Assembly: GCF_036588685.1 (NCBI RefSeq)
Contig: NC_086375.1
Span: 62,310,001 to 62,374,000 of the forward strand
DNA: 64,000 nucleotides
Source: Mytilus trossulus
Lineage: Eukaryota
Direction of reading: 5' to 3'
The translations under genes and the position numbers were made by a program. The notes beneath the pieces were generated by a model. The model was not told the DNA's origin. It searched no databases and worked only from the letters and a program-made list of their open reading frames with translations. Below are positions 1-14,541 of this stretch, one piece after another (position 1 is the first letter of the stretch; each line of letters opens with the position of its first letter).

Positions 1-516
1 ATGACATGTACTACATGTTATATCCCTATTCCAATTGTAATATTTACCTGTAACAAAAATAAGTTAATTACAAAAAAAGACTGGATATGTTCAGCTTACA
101 GAATTTCAAATGATGACAATGTAGGTTTTTTTTATTTAAACAAGTTTTAGATAATTTAATATATATTGATGTGAAAGACTATGTAGGTACTAGAACATGC
201 ATATATTATATGTCTTATACAAACCTTGTATCTATACAAGATCTATGTCTGGACTGTATTCCTCCTCCACAAGTTCGTGAGCATGCACCAAATCCACTCC
301 ACTCATTAAATCCACTAGACTGGCATAACACCTACAATGATAGAATTTAACACAACTTTTTCCATGATCAGTGCTCAATTTTGACATATGAGATTTTATT
401 AACTAACAGGATTTAATAAAAAGCTAGACATTACTAGAAATTCTATCAATATGATAAGATATAGGCAATGGGAAGAAAGTAGTCTCAATGTGTATAAAAA
501 AAAAGTGAAGCTTTCC

Positions 517-643
517 CAGTGGCAGATCTAGGGGTGTCCTCGTTGTTGGAAAGCCCTTTTTTTGAACAATCAATGCATTTGAGTGGATACATATAGTTGG
601 AACACCACTCCCCACCTTTTTAAAATGGCTAGATCTGCCCCTG
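517..643. mobile_element. MITE with CAGTGGCGGATC-type terminal inverted repeat (TIR) and 5-bp TSD
   Basis: cagtggcagatctag…ctagatctgcccctg flanked by tttcc/tttcc. Confidence 0.85.
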
Positions 644-837
644 TTTCCAATTTCTGTTACAAAGCAGTTTATATTTGATGAACATTGATACTATTTTCTC
701 ATAGGCACTTATTTCTTTCCATGGGAAGGTCGACTATCCATAAATTTTACAAGTGACTATGTATTTTCTTCCCATTGCCCATATTATATTCTTAGTATCA
801 TTATTGATAGATCTAGTGTCTGTAACCAAGGATTTGT

Positions 838-1003
838 ATTTAAGAATTGAATGCTTCTTTTTGTAACTTCATTGGGTTGTAAAAGTGTTGACCGAAGTAC
901 ATTTTGTATGAAGAAGCGCTTCATACTAAAAATGTGTGCACGGTCAACGCTTTTACAACCCTATGAAGTTACAAAAAGAAGCATATTCAATACTTAAAAT
1001 TAC
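838..1003. mobile_element. Foldback/palindromic element (about 80-bp arms)
   Basis: ttgaatgcttctttttgtaacttca…gttgaccg paired with cggtcaac…tgaagttacaaaaagaagc. Confidence 0.8.
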
Positions 1004-1311
1004 ATTTTTTAGCTATAATCCTGAAAAAACGAATTTTATAACTTGTTTATTTAATTCACCTGTGCACTTTATTGTGGGACCATGTGTTAACATGAATGAA
1101 AAGTTTTATTGAGTGATGCAATTGCTTAATGAATAACACATGATGTGCAGTTAGCCAATCAGAATAAAGTATTATAATGAAACATACATCTAATGTAATT
1201 ATATTGGTATAGTACTTTACAATACAGTTTTTACCCGAGATGTAACCCAACTTTAATAAGATTATTTTTACACATTTTGATATTCATTCTGCATAAAACA
1301 GAAATACTATA

Positions 1312-1450
1312 CAGTGGCGGATCCAGCCATTTTAAAAAAGAGGGGGGTCCCAACCCAGGATAAAAGGAGGGGAGGTTCCAGCTATATGTCCCTATTCAAA
1401 TGCATTGATTGGCCCAAAAAAAAGGGGGATTCCCCCTGGATCTGCCAATG
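1312..1450. mobile_element. MITE, same TIR family (opposite orientation)
   Basis: cagtggcggatccag…ctggatctgccaatg; flanks ctata/ctatg. Confidence 0.85.
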
Positions 1451-2820
1451 CTATGATTTATTTAAAGGGCCTGCCTCTGATTTCTCACCTGTCCTAAAAG
1501 ATCCTAAAACCGTTCTCTATCATCTATGCTTTTAAAAACCAAACTTCACATTACTCCACCAGAGCTGCTGGGAACAGTATACCGAACATCAATATATATA
1601 TATGTTCCTGACCCGAGACATATCTGGTTGACATATACTCATTTCAATCTGGGAACAGTATATCTAACATATATGTTCCTGTTTCAATCATTTAGAAAAC
1701 AACAATTTCGATATAAGAGACCATAGCAATTAAGCGCCAATGATTGCAGGGGAAAGGAGCGAAGATGTTGATATCGGTTTCATCATTTCACTTTTCCCAG
1801 TGAAAAGTAATCAAAAGTAAAATTATCCGAAAATGTAGCTGCTGCCTCCCGATTGCAGACAATTGATAGACATTTCTAGTTTATAAAACGAACCTTAAAA
1901 ATTGATGTTTTATATATTATAAAACAATTGACCACTAAGAGAATTATCTAGTATAGTTGGTCATAGTTATTGTATTCAGCATATGTGGGAACAGTATACA
2001 TTGTATATATTTAAACAAATCTTGTCTCCTGTGTTTCACCTGAGACTGTAATAGTAGTCTCGGGTTCACCAGTAGACATAACATATGTAATGAAATGTCT
2101 GTTTACGTTTAGGGTATTTTTAGATATTGCTATCACGAAAGTGCAAAAGCAAACATTAATGAAACTGAGACTACTATCTCAGAATGAAATAACCTTCAAG
2201 ACTGGTGACATTTTCAATTTTCAGCAATCACAAGCTTATATCTACGAAATACTTTTGAAAATCAATTTTACCACAATTCTTCTCAATTTATGTTTCAAGC
2301 ACTAGTTTCAATATTTTTCATAATAGCTTTCAAATTTATTGGCAAGCCGAACTTCTATTAATTTAGGCCCATTTTTTTTGCCATTGCAAAACAAAATATT
2401 ATTTTTCTTTTGAAAAAATGTAATTTTGTGGAAATGGTATTGAAACGAAAATACCAGAATATTATCCAAATTAAACAGAGGTGCCAGCTTTACTGCTTAG
2501 GATTGCTTTTTCAGGAACGTCCTTTACTAATCATCTTTTACTACGGAACTCCATTAGTGAGGAACCATGACAATAATGTGAGAATGTTAGACGACAAACC
2601 CGAGTTAAAATCATTACATACACCTAATGTATATTTTGGCATTTTATTTTAAGTATCTAAAAAACGGATCGATTCACAAAAATCAAACGTAAACCAGGAA
2701 ATCATGAAAGGAGACAAAGGTCAAAAGAAAGTTGACCACTGCAGGTACCATGAACTGTGGACAAGGTCATGTAACCTTTTGTGTTCATATAAACATTTAG
2801 TCTTAGCAATGGTGATATAT

Positions 2821-3497
2821 ATATATACACGAGTCTAAATTGAAAACTACGTTTAAACATATGATTACGTTGGATAAAAACCGCAATTTTTTTTACGTGT
2901 GCATGTAAAACAAATTTCGTTGTAGAAGAGTCTAAAACAGAACAAACAACATTTTCCAAAAGACCAAAAAAGTGAAAAAGTATATTTAAACAAAACGCAT
3001 TTGACTAACAGGTCGAACAACTGATGTTCTTTAACCCTGCTGACTGCCATTGGCAATTGCCAAATAAAATTGATCAGAAGATGTCACAAAATGGATCTTA
3101 ATAAAAATTGCATACTAAACAGAATTTTTTTTTAACTTGTGGCCACGATGTTATGACACAAACATACGGTGTCAATATTTTTTAAGTACAACAGATCCGG
3201 ATTTCGACAATAAATGTCTCTTCAGTGTTTTTAGGGATCGAAACGGTATTTGGAAGGCCATATAAAAAGTACCCCTCATTTTTAGATAAACTCTTGAATT
3301 TTAAGAGTCAATATAGAATGAACGGATCATAAAATCCGGAGGGAAAATATGATACAAGCCCAAACGAAAAAATATATACGAGTCTAAATTGAAAACTACG
3401 TTCAAACCTATGATTGCGTTGGATAAAAACCGCAATTTTTATACGTGTGCATGTAAAACAAATTTCGTTGTAGAAGGGTCTAAAAACAGCACAAACA
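2821..3497. repeat. Direct repeat of about 125 bp at about 550-bp spacing (1.2 units of a tandem repeat)
   Basis: cgagtctaaattgaaaactacg…gtgtgcatgtaaaacaaatttcgttgtagaag near 2830 and 3378. Confidence 0.85.
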
Positions 3498-3737
3498 TAT
3501 ATATATATATACCATTAAATACAGTTTCACTAATGATAACTGTTTAAAAATCTTGTGAACAAAATCTTAAGCCTGATTTTTAGAGGACATGGAACCTTGA
3601 ATTCGAGGTCAAGGATAACGGACACATGTCATTAATTGGAAACTTCGGCCCATGAATCATATGTATATCAACTATGGATTATTCATCTGTTCTATCCACT
3701 AAAATGTGAAGCATTATGCTAAAACCTACCACCGCTG

Positions 3738-3771
<34 letters not shown>

Positions 3772-5511
3772 CATTTATCATTTATCACAGGGCGAAAAAA
3801 TACATATCACAGTTTTAATAATGTGATTTGCACAAGACGCATTCACTTGACACTGGTGTACTTTGAAAAACATCTTTTATACTAGGTATAATTAGGATAT
3901 TATAACTGGCTCAGATTGTCGTCTGTATGCCAAAGTACAACTCAATAAAAGTGCATGCTCTCTGTCTTTGCGCCATAAACGAATTTTATTTCATGCAAAA
4001 TGCAGTTTACATTACGATATTTCATACTTACAATAGAATGTTGCTAAGCATGTTTTTTAAGATAAAGGTTAGAAAAAAATCCTTATTTTGAGATGATTTT
4101 ATTTTCGAAATAGAAGCGAACTGTACCACACACTTGACAAGCAGGCTCTCATTTAAGCGCTTCTATGTATAGTGGATATACTCCGCGTAGTTTTGTGAGA
4201 AATCTAATTGGCAAAAAAATCCTCAATTGAATTATATCTTTTGTTTTATACTGCCGTTTTAAACCATATTTTTATGAATATGCAGGCACACATTAAATAG
4301 TTGTATGTATTTAATTTCGTAAACAAAAATAATAATAAAAAAAGCAAACAACATCAAAACAAAATAAAACAAAAATGTAACAATTTATAATCGCTAATAA
4401 CAAACTGCAGTTATATATATGAGTTTCTTACCTTATATTCTGTTACAGAAACAATTATATAAACCAGAAGGTGGATTCTCATTTTATCACACTGGATAAT
4501 TTTTCACCGGTCATTGATGCGACTTTTTGGTCTCCGATATTAATGGTACCTATAACCAGTCCTGCATTAAAGAAAAATGACAGTTTTATTTCACTACATC
4601 CAATTAAAGATTCATAGACAGGTGTCCAATTTAAATGTGCGAATCTCTTCCTTTAAAACAGGCGAAATATATCTTTTATATTTTATGTAACCACAAACTT
4701 AATTGAAAATCCAACAGCAGAACATTTACTTTCGTAATTTTAAAAGATTATCAATAAGATAACAATGTATTTATATACAATGACCAGGTGATGTCGGGAA
4801 AAACCCCAACAACTATTGTTGAACCGGTTAAACTGTCTGTAGTACAGACCAATATATCTTTTTTGCGTCTCATTGGGTCGAGTCCAGAAATAATATTTAT
4901 ATCTATCAATAACATTAGTACCAGAGAATAGCAATAGAAAATACCCTTTAGTAAATACTAACAGCTTAATATAATGACATCCATAGAACGTTTTTCCCAC
5001 TCATTCGCACGATATTCAGATCAGAGCAGGTTTTTTTCCATTTGCAAATTGCCATTGGACTGACAAGATTTGCATGTCTTCATGACAGGATGACAAAAGG
5101 AGTTTCGTAATTGTCGATTTTAATAGGATAAAAAAGAAATCTCTGGTGACAATTTTGAGATTAATTGGATTTTCAGTTCAATTCTTACAAAGACACAAAC
5201 ATGCTTTATGGTTTTGATTATTGCATTGTCAGGTTGTAAAACGCCTTGAGGTGCGACAGTCGAACATGTAAAACGATGTTACTGTTGCTGAACTACAAAT
5301 ATCCATCTGTCGGTTTATTCAATAAAACAAAGAACTACGCTAGCTCAAATCAACATATAGCTATTTTGGTGTGAAACATTTAAATGAAGACGTCAGTTAA
5401 TTTGTTCTAAAAATAATCAAACTTTTGCTTTGAAGGAAATCTTTAATTATTTAGTGTCCATCAGTAAGGTGATATTTTAGTTCAAGTGGAGGTTCACTAC
5501 GAGTCAGCGAG

Positions 5512-5661
5512 CATTGGCGGATCCAGGGGGGGGGGGGGGGGTCCGGGGGTTTGATACCCTTTTTTGGGTCGATCAATGCATTTGAATGGGAGCATATAGC
5601 TGGAACCCCCCTTTACTCTGGGTTGGGAATCCCCTTATTAAAATGGCTGGATCCGCCTCTG
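5512..5661. mobile_element. MITE, same TIR family
   Basis: cattggcggatccag…ctggatccgcctctg; flanks gcgag/ccgag. Confidence 0.85.
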
Positions 5662-8600
5662 CCGAGTGACAACCATGTGCCAAGGATCTTCTCTTTTACA
5701 TACAGTAAGCACATAACAAAGGACGGATACTGGATTAGTGATGCCTTATTTAATAAAGTTGATGTGTTGGAGTTTGTTCTATGCAAGTGATGTTGCCAGA
5801 TATGCTTAAGTTTGACCCGACGAATACTGTGGAACCCCTATGAGGAACTGAATTTCATTTTTTTTTTTTTTCGGTTAATAGAGTCGAAATTAGAATTTAG
5901 TTTAAAGTAAATGTAACATGTGTTACACATATTTAGTGTATTGGTATTGGTATATATATTCAAATTATAGATAATTTACTACATGTAAAATGTTTTGAGA
6001 AAATTGAAATTAAAAGACCGCACAAATAGGATAAGCTTATAATGACTGCCGACATATAACCTCTTCAACGGTCACTTTATAATACTATATAGATTAAACA
6101 ATAATGGGGATAAGTACAATAATTCAGATTCAGACATCACACATAGAAATCGAGTGACATGTAAAAGTGACCGATATACAGACTGTACATGCAGAGTAAG
6201 CCTATTAAATCATAGCAGTCTGTTGCTTAAATGTCCAGTCATAACATGAAATCCTCGATACATCGCCCCCAGGCAAATTTTACCGTTTGAACGGCCAATT
6301 TGTAACGCTGTTGAGGCCCATTTAATGTTGAGTCTCACTCTCGTTTGATGTATTTGTCTGTCCATGCTCCAGATATTAGGCGTTAGCCCTGTGTGAAGAC
6401 AGACTTTGACAATTATAGTTATACATGACCCATATTGACATCGAAAACAGATTCACACGTTTTAAAACTGTAACTTGATTAAGAATGTTTGAATTTGGAA
6501 CGTTATAAATAATTTTAAATTTATTAAATTTCTTCTTCATAGTATTTTAAATTGAAACTGAGTTCATTCGTTCACAGACCTATATATTGTTAGATTTCAC
6601 ATTACTTATACATAACGCAATTGCTTTCTATAATAACCATTTGGATCATTTTTGTTAACGTCCAAAAACTAATGTTTAGAAAGAAACTTAAAACAAATTT
6701 TAATCTGATGGTACAACGGATTACACACAGTAAAACCTCTTCTTCTTTACATTTTATGACAAACTATAGTATATAACAAATAGTCGTGAATCTGATAAAA
6801 CATAACTTTTTATATATATATATATGAGCTTATTCACATTTGGGGTAAAAAGTGAGAATAACACTAATATTCACTACTCACTTGTATGTGCAGATTATTT
6901 CGGTTTATATAAAGAATTAGTAAAAACTGTGTCTAAATGGGAGGTTAATGTTTGTCAGATAATGAATTGGGCTGTGCAATACATATTAATTATTTCATGT
7001 TCTATTTTCTTTTTATTCATTCATTTTTACAGACCTATTTACTAACACAAAAAATGACTAACAAATATATATCATATAATCCTGAAATATGCTTATCAGT
7101 GAAAAAATATACAAGGTCAACAAAAGGTATGTAATTTTGTCAAGTATTTGTGAAACAAATTACTCTTTCCATCAAAATGCAGACAGCCGTAACATCAAAG
7201 ATTTATATAGTCAGGTCTGTCACAGACAAACAATACATTTGGAAATTTCCACTCCCCAATTTTATTGTATAGGGTTGATATTTCCTATATATATATAGCT
7301 ATTTACATAACGGTTGTCAAGGCAAAGAATTACTAGTATAAGATCTTATAAGGTATCTTTTTTTAATTCTTAAATTTTTGGCAAACGATAAAGAGTACAG
7401 CAAGACCCTGTCAAATTTCTTAAAATGGCAGAACCAAAGGCTTTGGTATAGCTAAGTCGCTCCCATTCAAGCTCTCAGTAATCAGAAAAGAGCATTGATA
7501 TTTGCTATAAAAATGTCTAAATTAAGTCTTCACTACAAGTGTCACAAAACTGTCTTTTTAAGATTCTGTAGTTTTTATAGCCATTTAAAATAAATATCTT
7601 AACTTTAGATACCACAAAGAAATAATAATTAGCTTCATATTAGTCACAGTTGCGATCATATGTTATGAGACAAATAACTAGAAGACTGCATATTTTAGAG
7701 TATCCATTCTAATTATAGTTAGTCGACTCCCTTCTGAATGATCAAAATCGACTGAGGTCAGGTTTGCATGACCTCTTGCCTATATATAAGGCAGTATTTA
7801 GTACCTTAAGATAATTCAGCTGATGAATTTCCTAATCAAAACGTATGATAAAAATAATGCTATATTTTAAAAAAACTGACTTTGCTCACAAAGGATAATA
7901 TATACGAGAGTTAGCTTCATGCATCCATTCGCCTGTGCTTTTGTACTCTACATTTACATGATTTTTGTCATTACTCTACTTCATCTGAATTTTATACGGA
8001 CACATACACAATCACTCGAATTGATCATTTGTGACATGCAATAGATGTTATAAGCACATAAACGATGGAGTCCATTTATCAGAGCAATCCGGGATAAGTT
8101 GATATAATAATAATTTAAAAAAAAGGGGAAACAGGGAACTGTGTCAAATGAACTACAATTCAATCCTAGACAGAAAGCAACACAAGGCAACCTATGGGTC
8201 TTCAACGCAGCCAGAAAATCCTCTATCTTTTAACATATTACTGAATAAGGAACATATACCTTAATTTCGTGAGTCAACCAGATTTGGGGCCCTAATATAT
8301 CGATAAGGCGAATAACAAATCAAAACATATGAAATAATAAATAAAACAATTAATTACAAAAGAAAAATAACAAAATATTTTGATATGCACTATAAAAGAT
8401 TTTCATACTTGCAGACACAGCGGAAGGTGATACTGTATATTTGTTCCACCTAACAGAAGTTCCCCTGGAAACTTGATTATAAACAATTTCATAATATCTG
8501 TTCATGTTGGGACAAAAATTCTAAATCATTTATTCTGTTGGAACATTGAGTGTAATATTTATTCCAGTGGAAATACTATTCCAGAACAGTGTTTCCATTT

Positions 8601-11600
8601 GTAACTTATAGCATAAAGGAACTTCTATTCTGTGACAGGACTGTATACATAGATATATATCATACGCGAAATGATATTATAAAATCAAAGAAATTTGAAG
8701 AAAAAAAAATGAAAAATGAGATATTCACGATGAATGACAGACAAATGGTTCATAAGAATAATGTATTCTGCAGTTTGTATAATGTTGTTTTATTATGTCA
8801 AATCAGTCTTCGCATCCACTCGTCTTCGTGTATTTTTATATTATTTTTTTTTGTCAGATTCTTTTTTTAATTCAAACAAATATGACAATAACACTTTTGT
8901 TATCTGTTTGCATATATATGTAACCTGAAACACAGAAGATAACACAATACAAAACATTACATTTGGATTATATAACTCTTGACAACATTGATAAATTACT
9001 ACTCTCGAATCATAAAGTAAAATGTTAAAAACCTTATAATTGAAATTGGACACTTATTCAACGTTCTTGTGATTTATTCCTACTTTAAAAACATAAATTC
9101 AAGCTAAAATAAGTTCTTTTTTTTTAATAAGCTTCATAAGTCATACGTCATCTAAAAAAATCACAAATAGGGTTTTCTGGACGGCATCTTTATTTGTTTG
9201 AAAGTTCTGAAAACTGTGTTAAAGATATTGATGGATATTTACTAATGTCGTAGACACAATCCCGTCATTGTCATCTTATTATACCAACATTGAATGCGAC
9301 TTATCGCAGAATTCTCCGTGCCATGGACAAAACAATAGCTATTTGTGAACAGGATCTGGTTATCCTTCCGGAGCACCTGAGACCACCAGCTTTTTATTTT
9401 TATTTTGTAGGAATTGCGATGCTCATACTGTTTGAAGTTTACAGTGTATTGTTTTGAGGAGAGTTTTAATTCTTTTCGTAGTGTTTATTTTTAAGCTATG
9501 ACTCAGTGTGTTTGTTTTTCTTCCACTTATATTTTGTAAGTGTTTCCTTGGTATTTTTTTGTCACTTTTCCAAAAAGTTAGAATAATGGCAATATGATAA
9601 TATAAACATAATTGCCAATGGAACAAACTATCCGCTCAAGTTCAAATGAAGTGGATGTGAGCAATTATAGGCAGCCCTCCAAGATAAGATAAGTTTACCG
9701 AAATGTTAATTCTTCAGCTATTAGTAACCTCTATAAATTAGAAGACCGTTGCCAATAAAATAAATGGGGTTTTCATTTCATTTCTTTGCTTGTGTGAGTA
9801 ATTCTAGAAATATTTGTCCAGAGATATAAATACTCAAAACATAACAGTAATATGCAAAAACAATAGTTTTTTCATACTAACCACACTGTCCTTGTCCTGT
9901 CCTTACACTCTTTTTGAAGGAGTGTAGATCACCCTATCTGGTTATAAAGCGAATGCAAGCTCTAGTTAAAACTGTGATTAAGTTCGCGAATCCTCATTGA
10001 GCTCTACATTCATATTCAAATATTTTCTTGCAAGGCATAACTACCGTGGGAATAAATTAAACTAATATTTGTAACCTTTATAATGCACTCATTTACCACA
10101 TGTACACATATAATTAGCGTAAAATACCATTTATGTACAAGTAAAATGTCATATGCAAATCAGTAGGAAACGAGCCGGTAATAATCACTTCTTTAAACGA
10201 AACAGCAAAGGAGTTGATATGATGTATACTTCACTGTTACTAGTATTCAATTGAAATGTTCAGAATTAAAAAAACAAAGTTATATCATGTACTAAACGTT
10301 AGATGACACCAAGGACATCAGAATGATTATCCTTTCACAAATCGAAGGACAAATACCTATTTGACCAAAAGAATAAAAAAAAAACGGATGCAAAGTTGTA
10401 CAACTATCTGGTTTTTCAATTCTAATTTGTTGTTTAATGGCATGTTTCTTCTCTACAAACCAATTTTTTTTAGAACGATCGTTACAGGACGTTTCAACGG
10501 TTGGTCTGTCCGTACCGTCAATGATATAAAACACTTCGCTAAAAATATACGCAAATGATAGTGTTAACCCATGCAGTGTTAAACGCCAGAAGGGCATGGT
10601 TTTGTATGGACGAATACTTTTGTTTCTGTATTTTGATGGCTAGTTTTTTCGAGCTATTTGTTGTTTATGCGTGCATCCCCTTTACTATGAGAGACGATAT
10701 CCAAGTACAATATCCATTGGTTTATCTCCCTATACAACTATGAAACGAGATGTCTGTCAGAGGAACATTATTCTAGCTCCACACTCCCATTGACTTACTC
10801 ATATACTTGAATCAAGGGGAAATATTTGTATATTGGTGTACCTCTACTATTACTCAGGCTTTTTTTGTTGTAAATATAATGATTATAAGAATTATCTTAG
10901 ACTATGCATGAATTGAATTGCATGGTTCGAACTCAATCTACGAGCAGCAAATCCAGCATGTCCAGAAATGGGGATTTTACACAGACAAAAAATCCATGGA
11001 AAACAAAATTGTTTGTAGTTAGTTGCTTGTCTATTTAACAAAAACAAAACACAAAGATAATTCTTCATGTATGTATAAGTTCGATTCCGATATATTTTTT
11101 ATGTCTCGGTCAAATATTTATGATATTGCGGTTTTAAACTTTAATTTAAAATGTTATCACTATTACTAAATGGGAAATACATCATTATAAGATTCACACG
11201 ACGAAATGTCTGCTATCGAGTTATATAACGTCAGACCAGAGGATCCTGAAATTTAAAGAAGTGATCATTTGTTACCAGGTGTAGACAGAAATATAATACA
11301 TAAATTCAAATTATGAGTGATATTTTGGTGTTTAAGATTATGTTTTGGTAATATCGGTCTTTTATAATGTATGCTTGCAACATAATAAAGCATCACCTGT
11401 TATAATCTTATAGTTTTGTAATTTTACCTACAAAAAAAGCCAACAAACTGTGATGTTCTTTCAAATTTTGAATGACAAAACAAGCAAGCAATTGACAAGA
11501 ACATGGTTAAGTTATTTCTGACGTTTAAAAGTGTGATTATTTATGTATATTGTTACAAATTTTTACACCTTTTTAAGGATCAGATACTTTATAATTTACT

Positions 11601-11784
11601 TTAGGCCACTAAGGATAATTAATAGTGACAAATGAGACAGCTTTATTTTTAATGATACAAGACATCCTCAGATAGGATCATTTCTCTATATTATCTTGTA
11701 TAAAAGCTTATAATATTTTAAAAACATTCTAGCGACAATTTGTTTTTTGATTTCATGCCAAATACATCTACTTATAAAAATATG

Positions 11785-12050
11785 AATATGTGATTGCCAA
11801 TGAGACAACTCTCCACAAAAGACCAAATGACACTAAAAAAATGACAACTTTAGGTCACAATTAGTTAGGCCCATACCGCATAGTCCGCTATAAAAGGGTC
11901 CAAAATGACAAATGTAAAATAATTCAAACGAGAAAATTAACAGCCATGTACAAACTAAGGTACGAAAAAAATGTTACACAGCAACAACCGACAACCATTG
12001 AGTTACAGGCTCCTGACTTGGAAAATTCACATACAGAATGTGGCGAATGT
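11785..12050 (+). mobile_element. Interspersed SINE-like repeat (gattgccaatgagacaact family)
   Basis: Second copy at about 22210-22345; related fragments near 9610, 16135, 25500 (reverse) and 53920. Confidence 0.7.
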
Positions 12051-12620
12051 TTGTTTAGCAAGTTACTTTTTGGTGTGGTTTTTTTTGTTTTTTTTGGTTG
12101 CATGATGAACAAGATATACTGATTAAATGTAAATTTCAAACACTTACAAAAATATCACAAATAAAGAATAAAGTTAGCAAGTGTAATTAAAATCTGACTC
12201 ATTGAGTAAGTCGACTTAGTCTAGTAGACAAATTCTTCATATTGCATTAACATGTTATTATTCTGAATATGTACGTAATATTAGTCGATGGACAAATAAA
12301 GCAGTCAACAAACAATTTAATATGTGCGTATAATGAAGGGAAAAAAACAATGTTGAGATGCATATGATGCAAATGACCATTAAATGATAATTCATTTATT
12401 TGTATCAAAAGGAGGATACCATGATTATATATCAGCAAAGGCTAAAGGAATAGCGACAAAAAGTTTGAACGGTTATCTTCTGTCAAAAATATTTCTATTC
12501 CACAACTGGATCAGTAGCCTTACTTTATATCAGTTTTACTTAATCGTAGAGACAAATTATTTTTCAGCGAACCAATGTATTCAAACAATAAACACTGGTA
12601 TAATAGATTTATATTTGTAG

Positions 12621-12870
12621 AGCCCGGGACGGCTGCAGTGAAGGGGATTTGGTGTCACGATATCACAGTAGCATGGGTTCGAATCCCGGCAAATTTTTTG
12701 TTCTTCCCTCGCCGGGATTTGAACCCATGCTACTGAGATATCGTGACACCAAATCGCCTGCACTACAGCTAGACCACACGACCACCTGGGCTTCATTTTA
12801 AAGCTTTCGGTGGCCGTGTGTTACCTTTTCTCGTCAGTTTTAATCTAGCGGCGAACTACAGTACATGATA
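12621..12870. mobile_element. Inverted pair of tRNA-derived SINE heads
   Basis: B-box GGTTCGAATCC on + and GGTTCAAATCC on -; A-box-like TGGTCGTGTGG on -; 45-bp inverted arms. Confidence 0.75.
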
Positions 12871-14541
12871 TATATATATATATATATATATAATTGTATC
12901 AGCGATACTGTCTAGTTGTCAAATTGATATAAAATAACACGTGTGTGATCTGATATAAATCAAATGCCTAATTTATCCTTTATGAAACTCGATTATTATA
13001 CGGTAACTGAAATGATTATACTTGAGTACAACTGTATGCATACAATCATGAAATTACATAAACATTGATAATAAATTATAACTTATATAGTGAAGACTAT
13101 AGTAAAGCAATTATTTAAATTGAATGTTTAAGATAAATAGTAACTTCATAGTTTGAAGATGTTACCTTTACTTTAAAGCAAGGTATCCCGTCTTAATTCT
13201 GTTTTATTTGATCAAAAATAATCCAGAGCAAACTTAAACGTTCAATGGAATTAGGTGAATTATAATAAGCGCAATTTCGGATAATTCCTCAAATTTTATA
13301 AGGTGCATAACCTTCAAGTTTAAAACCCAAATAAGCCTAAATAAAACTTGAACTGTTTAATATGGTCAATGATCTTGATCAAGATATTCAAAATGATGTT
13401 TAAATGGTACTTTTTACTATCGTTTTTATTTTACCATCCCGGTGGTCTTGTTATAGCATTCTTGTATGGAATATGAGCAAATTTTGAACTTTAATTTGGT
13501 ATTTGATTTTGCTACTTCATCCAGTCAGACGGCATATAGATACAATATTGAAATGTTGGTCGCCTCGGAGTACTTTGTCAAAGAAAAGTAACGTGTCTTG
13601 CTCCTGACTGTTAATTTGAGAGCAAGCTTGTTCAAAATATGACTCAATGAGTTAGTCTAGTATAGAATAGGTATCTTTGTAATGTATTGACATGTTATCG
13701 TTCTGAATACAAATGTAATATTTGCCGCTGGACAAAGAAAGTAGTCATCAAACAAACAAATATGTCTCTTACAACTAAAATGTGATTGGATACAAAATCA
13801 AATTCATTTTCAATGACTATGTGGAATCAGAAATTTTACCAATTTTATACCTAAAAAAACCTTTAAAGTCGCTATCCGTATCGTTGTGGTTATGTATGTG
13901 TTCATATGACCAAAAAATGAGGGATTACCATTTTCTGGTCTCACTGCAAAACGGGATAGGTGCTGGTGACCAAATTGTATACCGAGTCAACTTTTTATAC
14001 TAACGTAAGATTGCACATACGAAAAATATATATGCATTACGATATCAATTAATGTACAATAAAATAATTACACTGAGTGCAATTCCAAAAGGTTAATAAA
14101 ATGTTTAGTCTAAATTAAACCCAGATTAACTTACCATAAGTGTCTATAATCTCTTTAATCTGCAACTGAAAGTAATTCTGATAAACAGTTACGTATTGAA
14201 AGCAAAGGGAATGACGTACAAAACTATTTAATATTTTCAAAGTTTTTTGTTTTATTGCTTTAGTATGGCCGGGTTATCTCTCAAATATCGACTGCAAGGA
14301 AGGTCGGACTTAAATTCATAGTCACATCGCTTGTCGTGTATAAGTTTGTGAAATGGTTGTTCTGACTCCCCAACATAGAGGCAACATACTGTTTATCAAA
14401 TTTACAGATACGCAATATTTGTAGTATCATAAGTAGTATTGCAAAATATAGTACAATTGTTTTGTACCAGTGCATGGAGTTAATGTTGAAAGTTGGGTAT
14501 GCAGTATTCGATTACACGTCAGACATCGTTTGTTCTAACAG

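Noticed and set aside
10292-10743. Cluster of overlapping 60-100 aa ORFs
   Set aside because: No recognisable motif and no consistent splice structure.
12695-12792. Functional tRNA gene
   Set aside because: A/B boxes are present, but I could not build a canonical cloverleaf or anticodon arm; treated as a SINE head.
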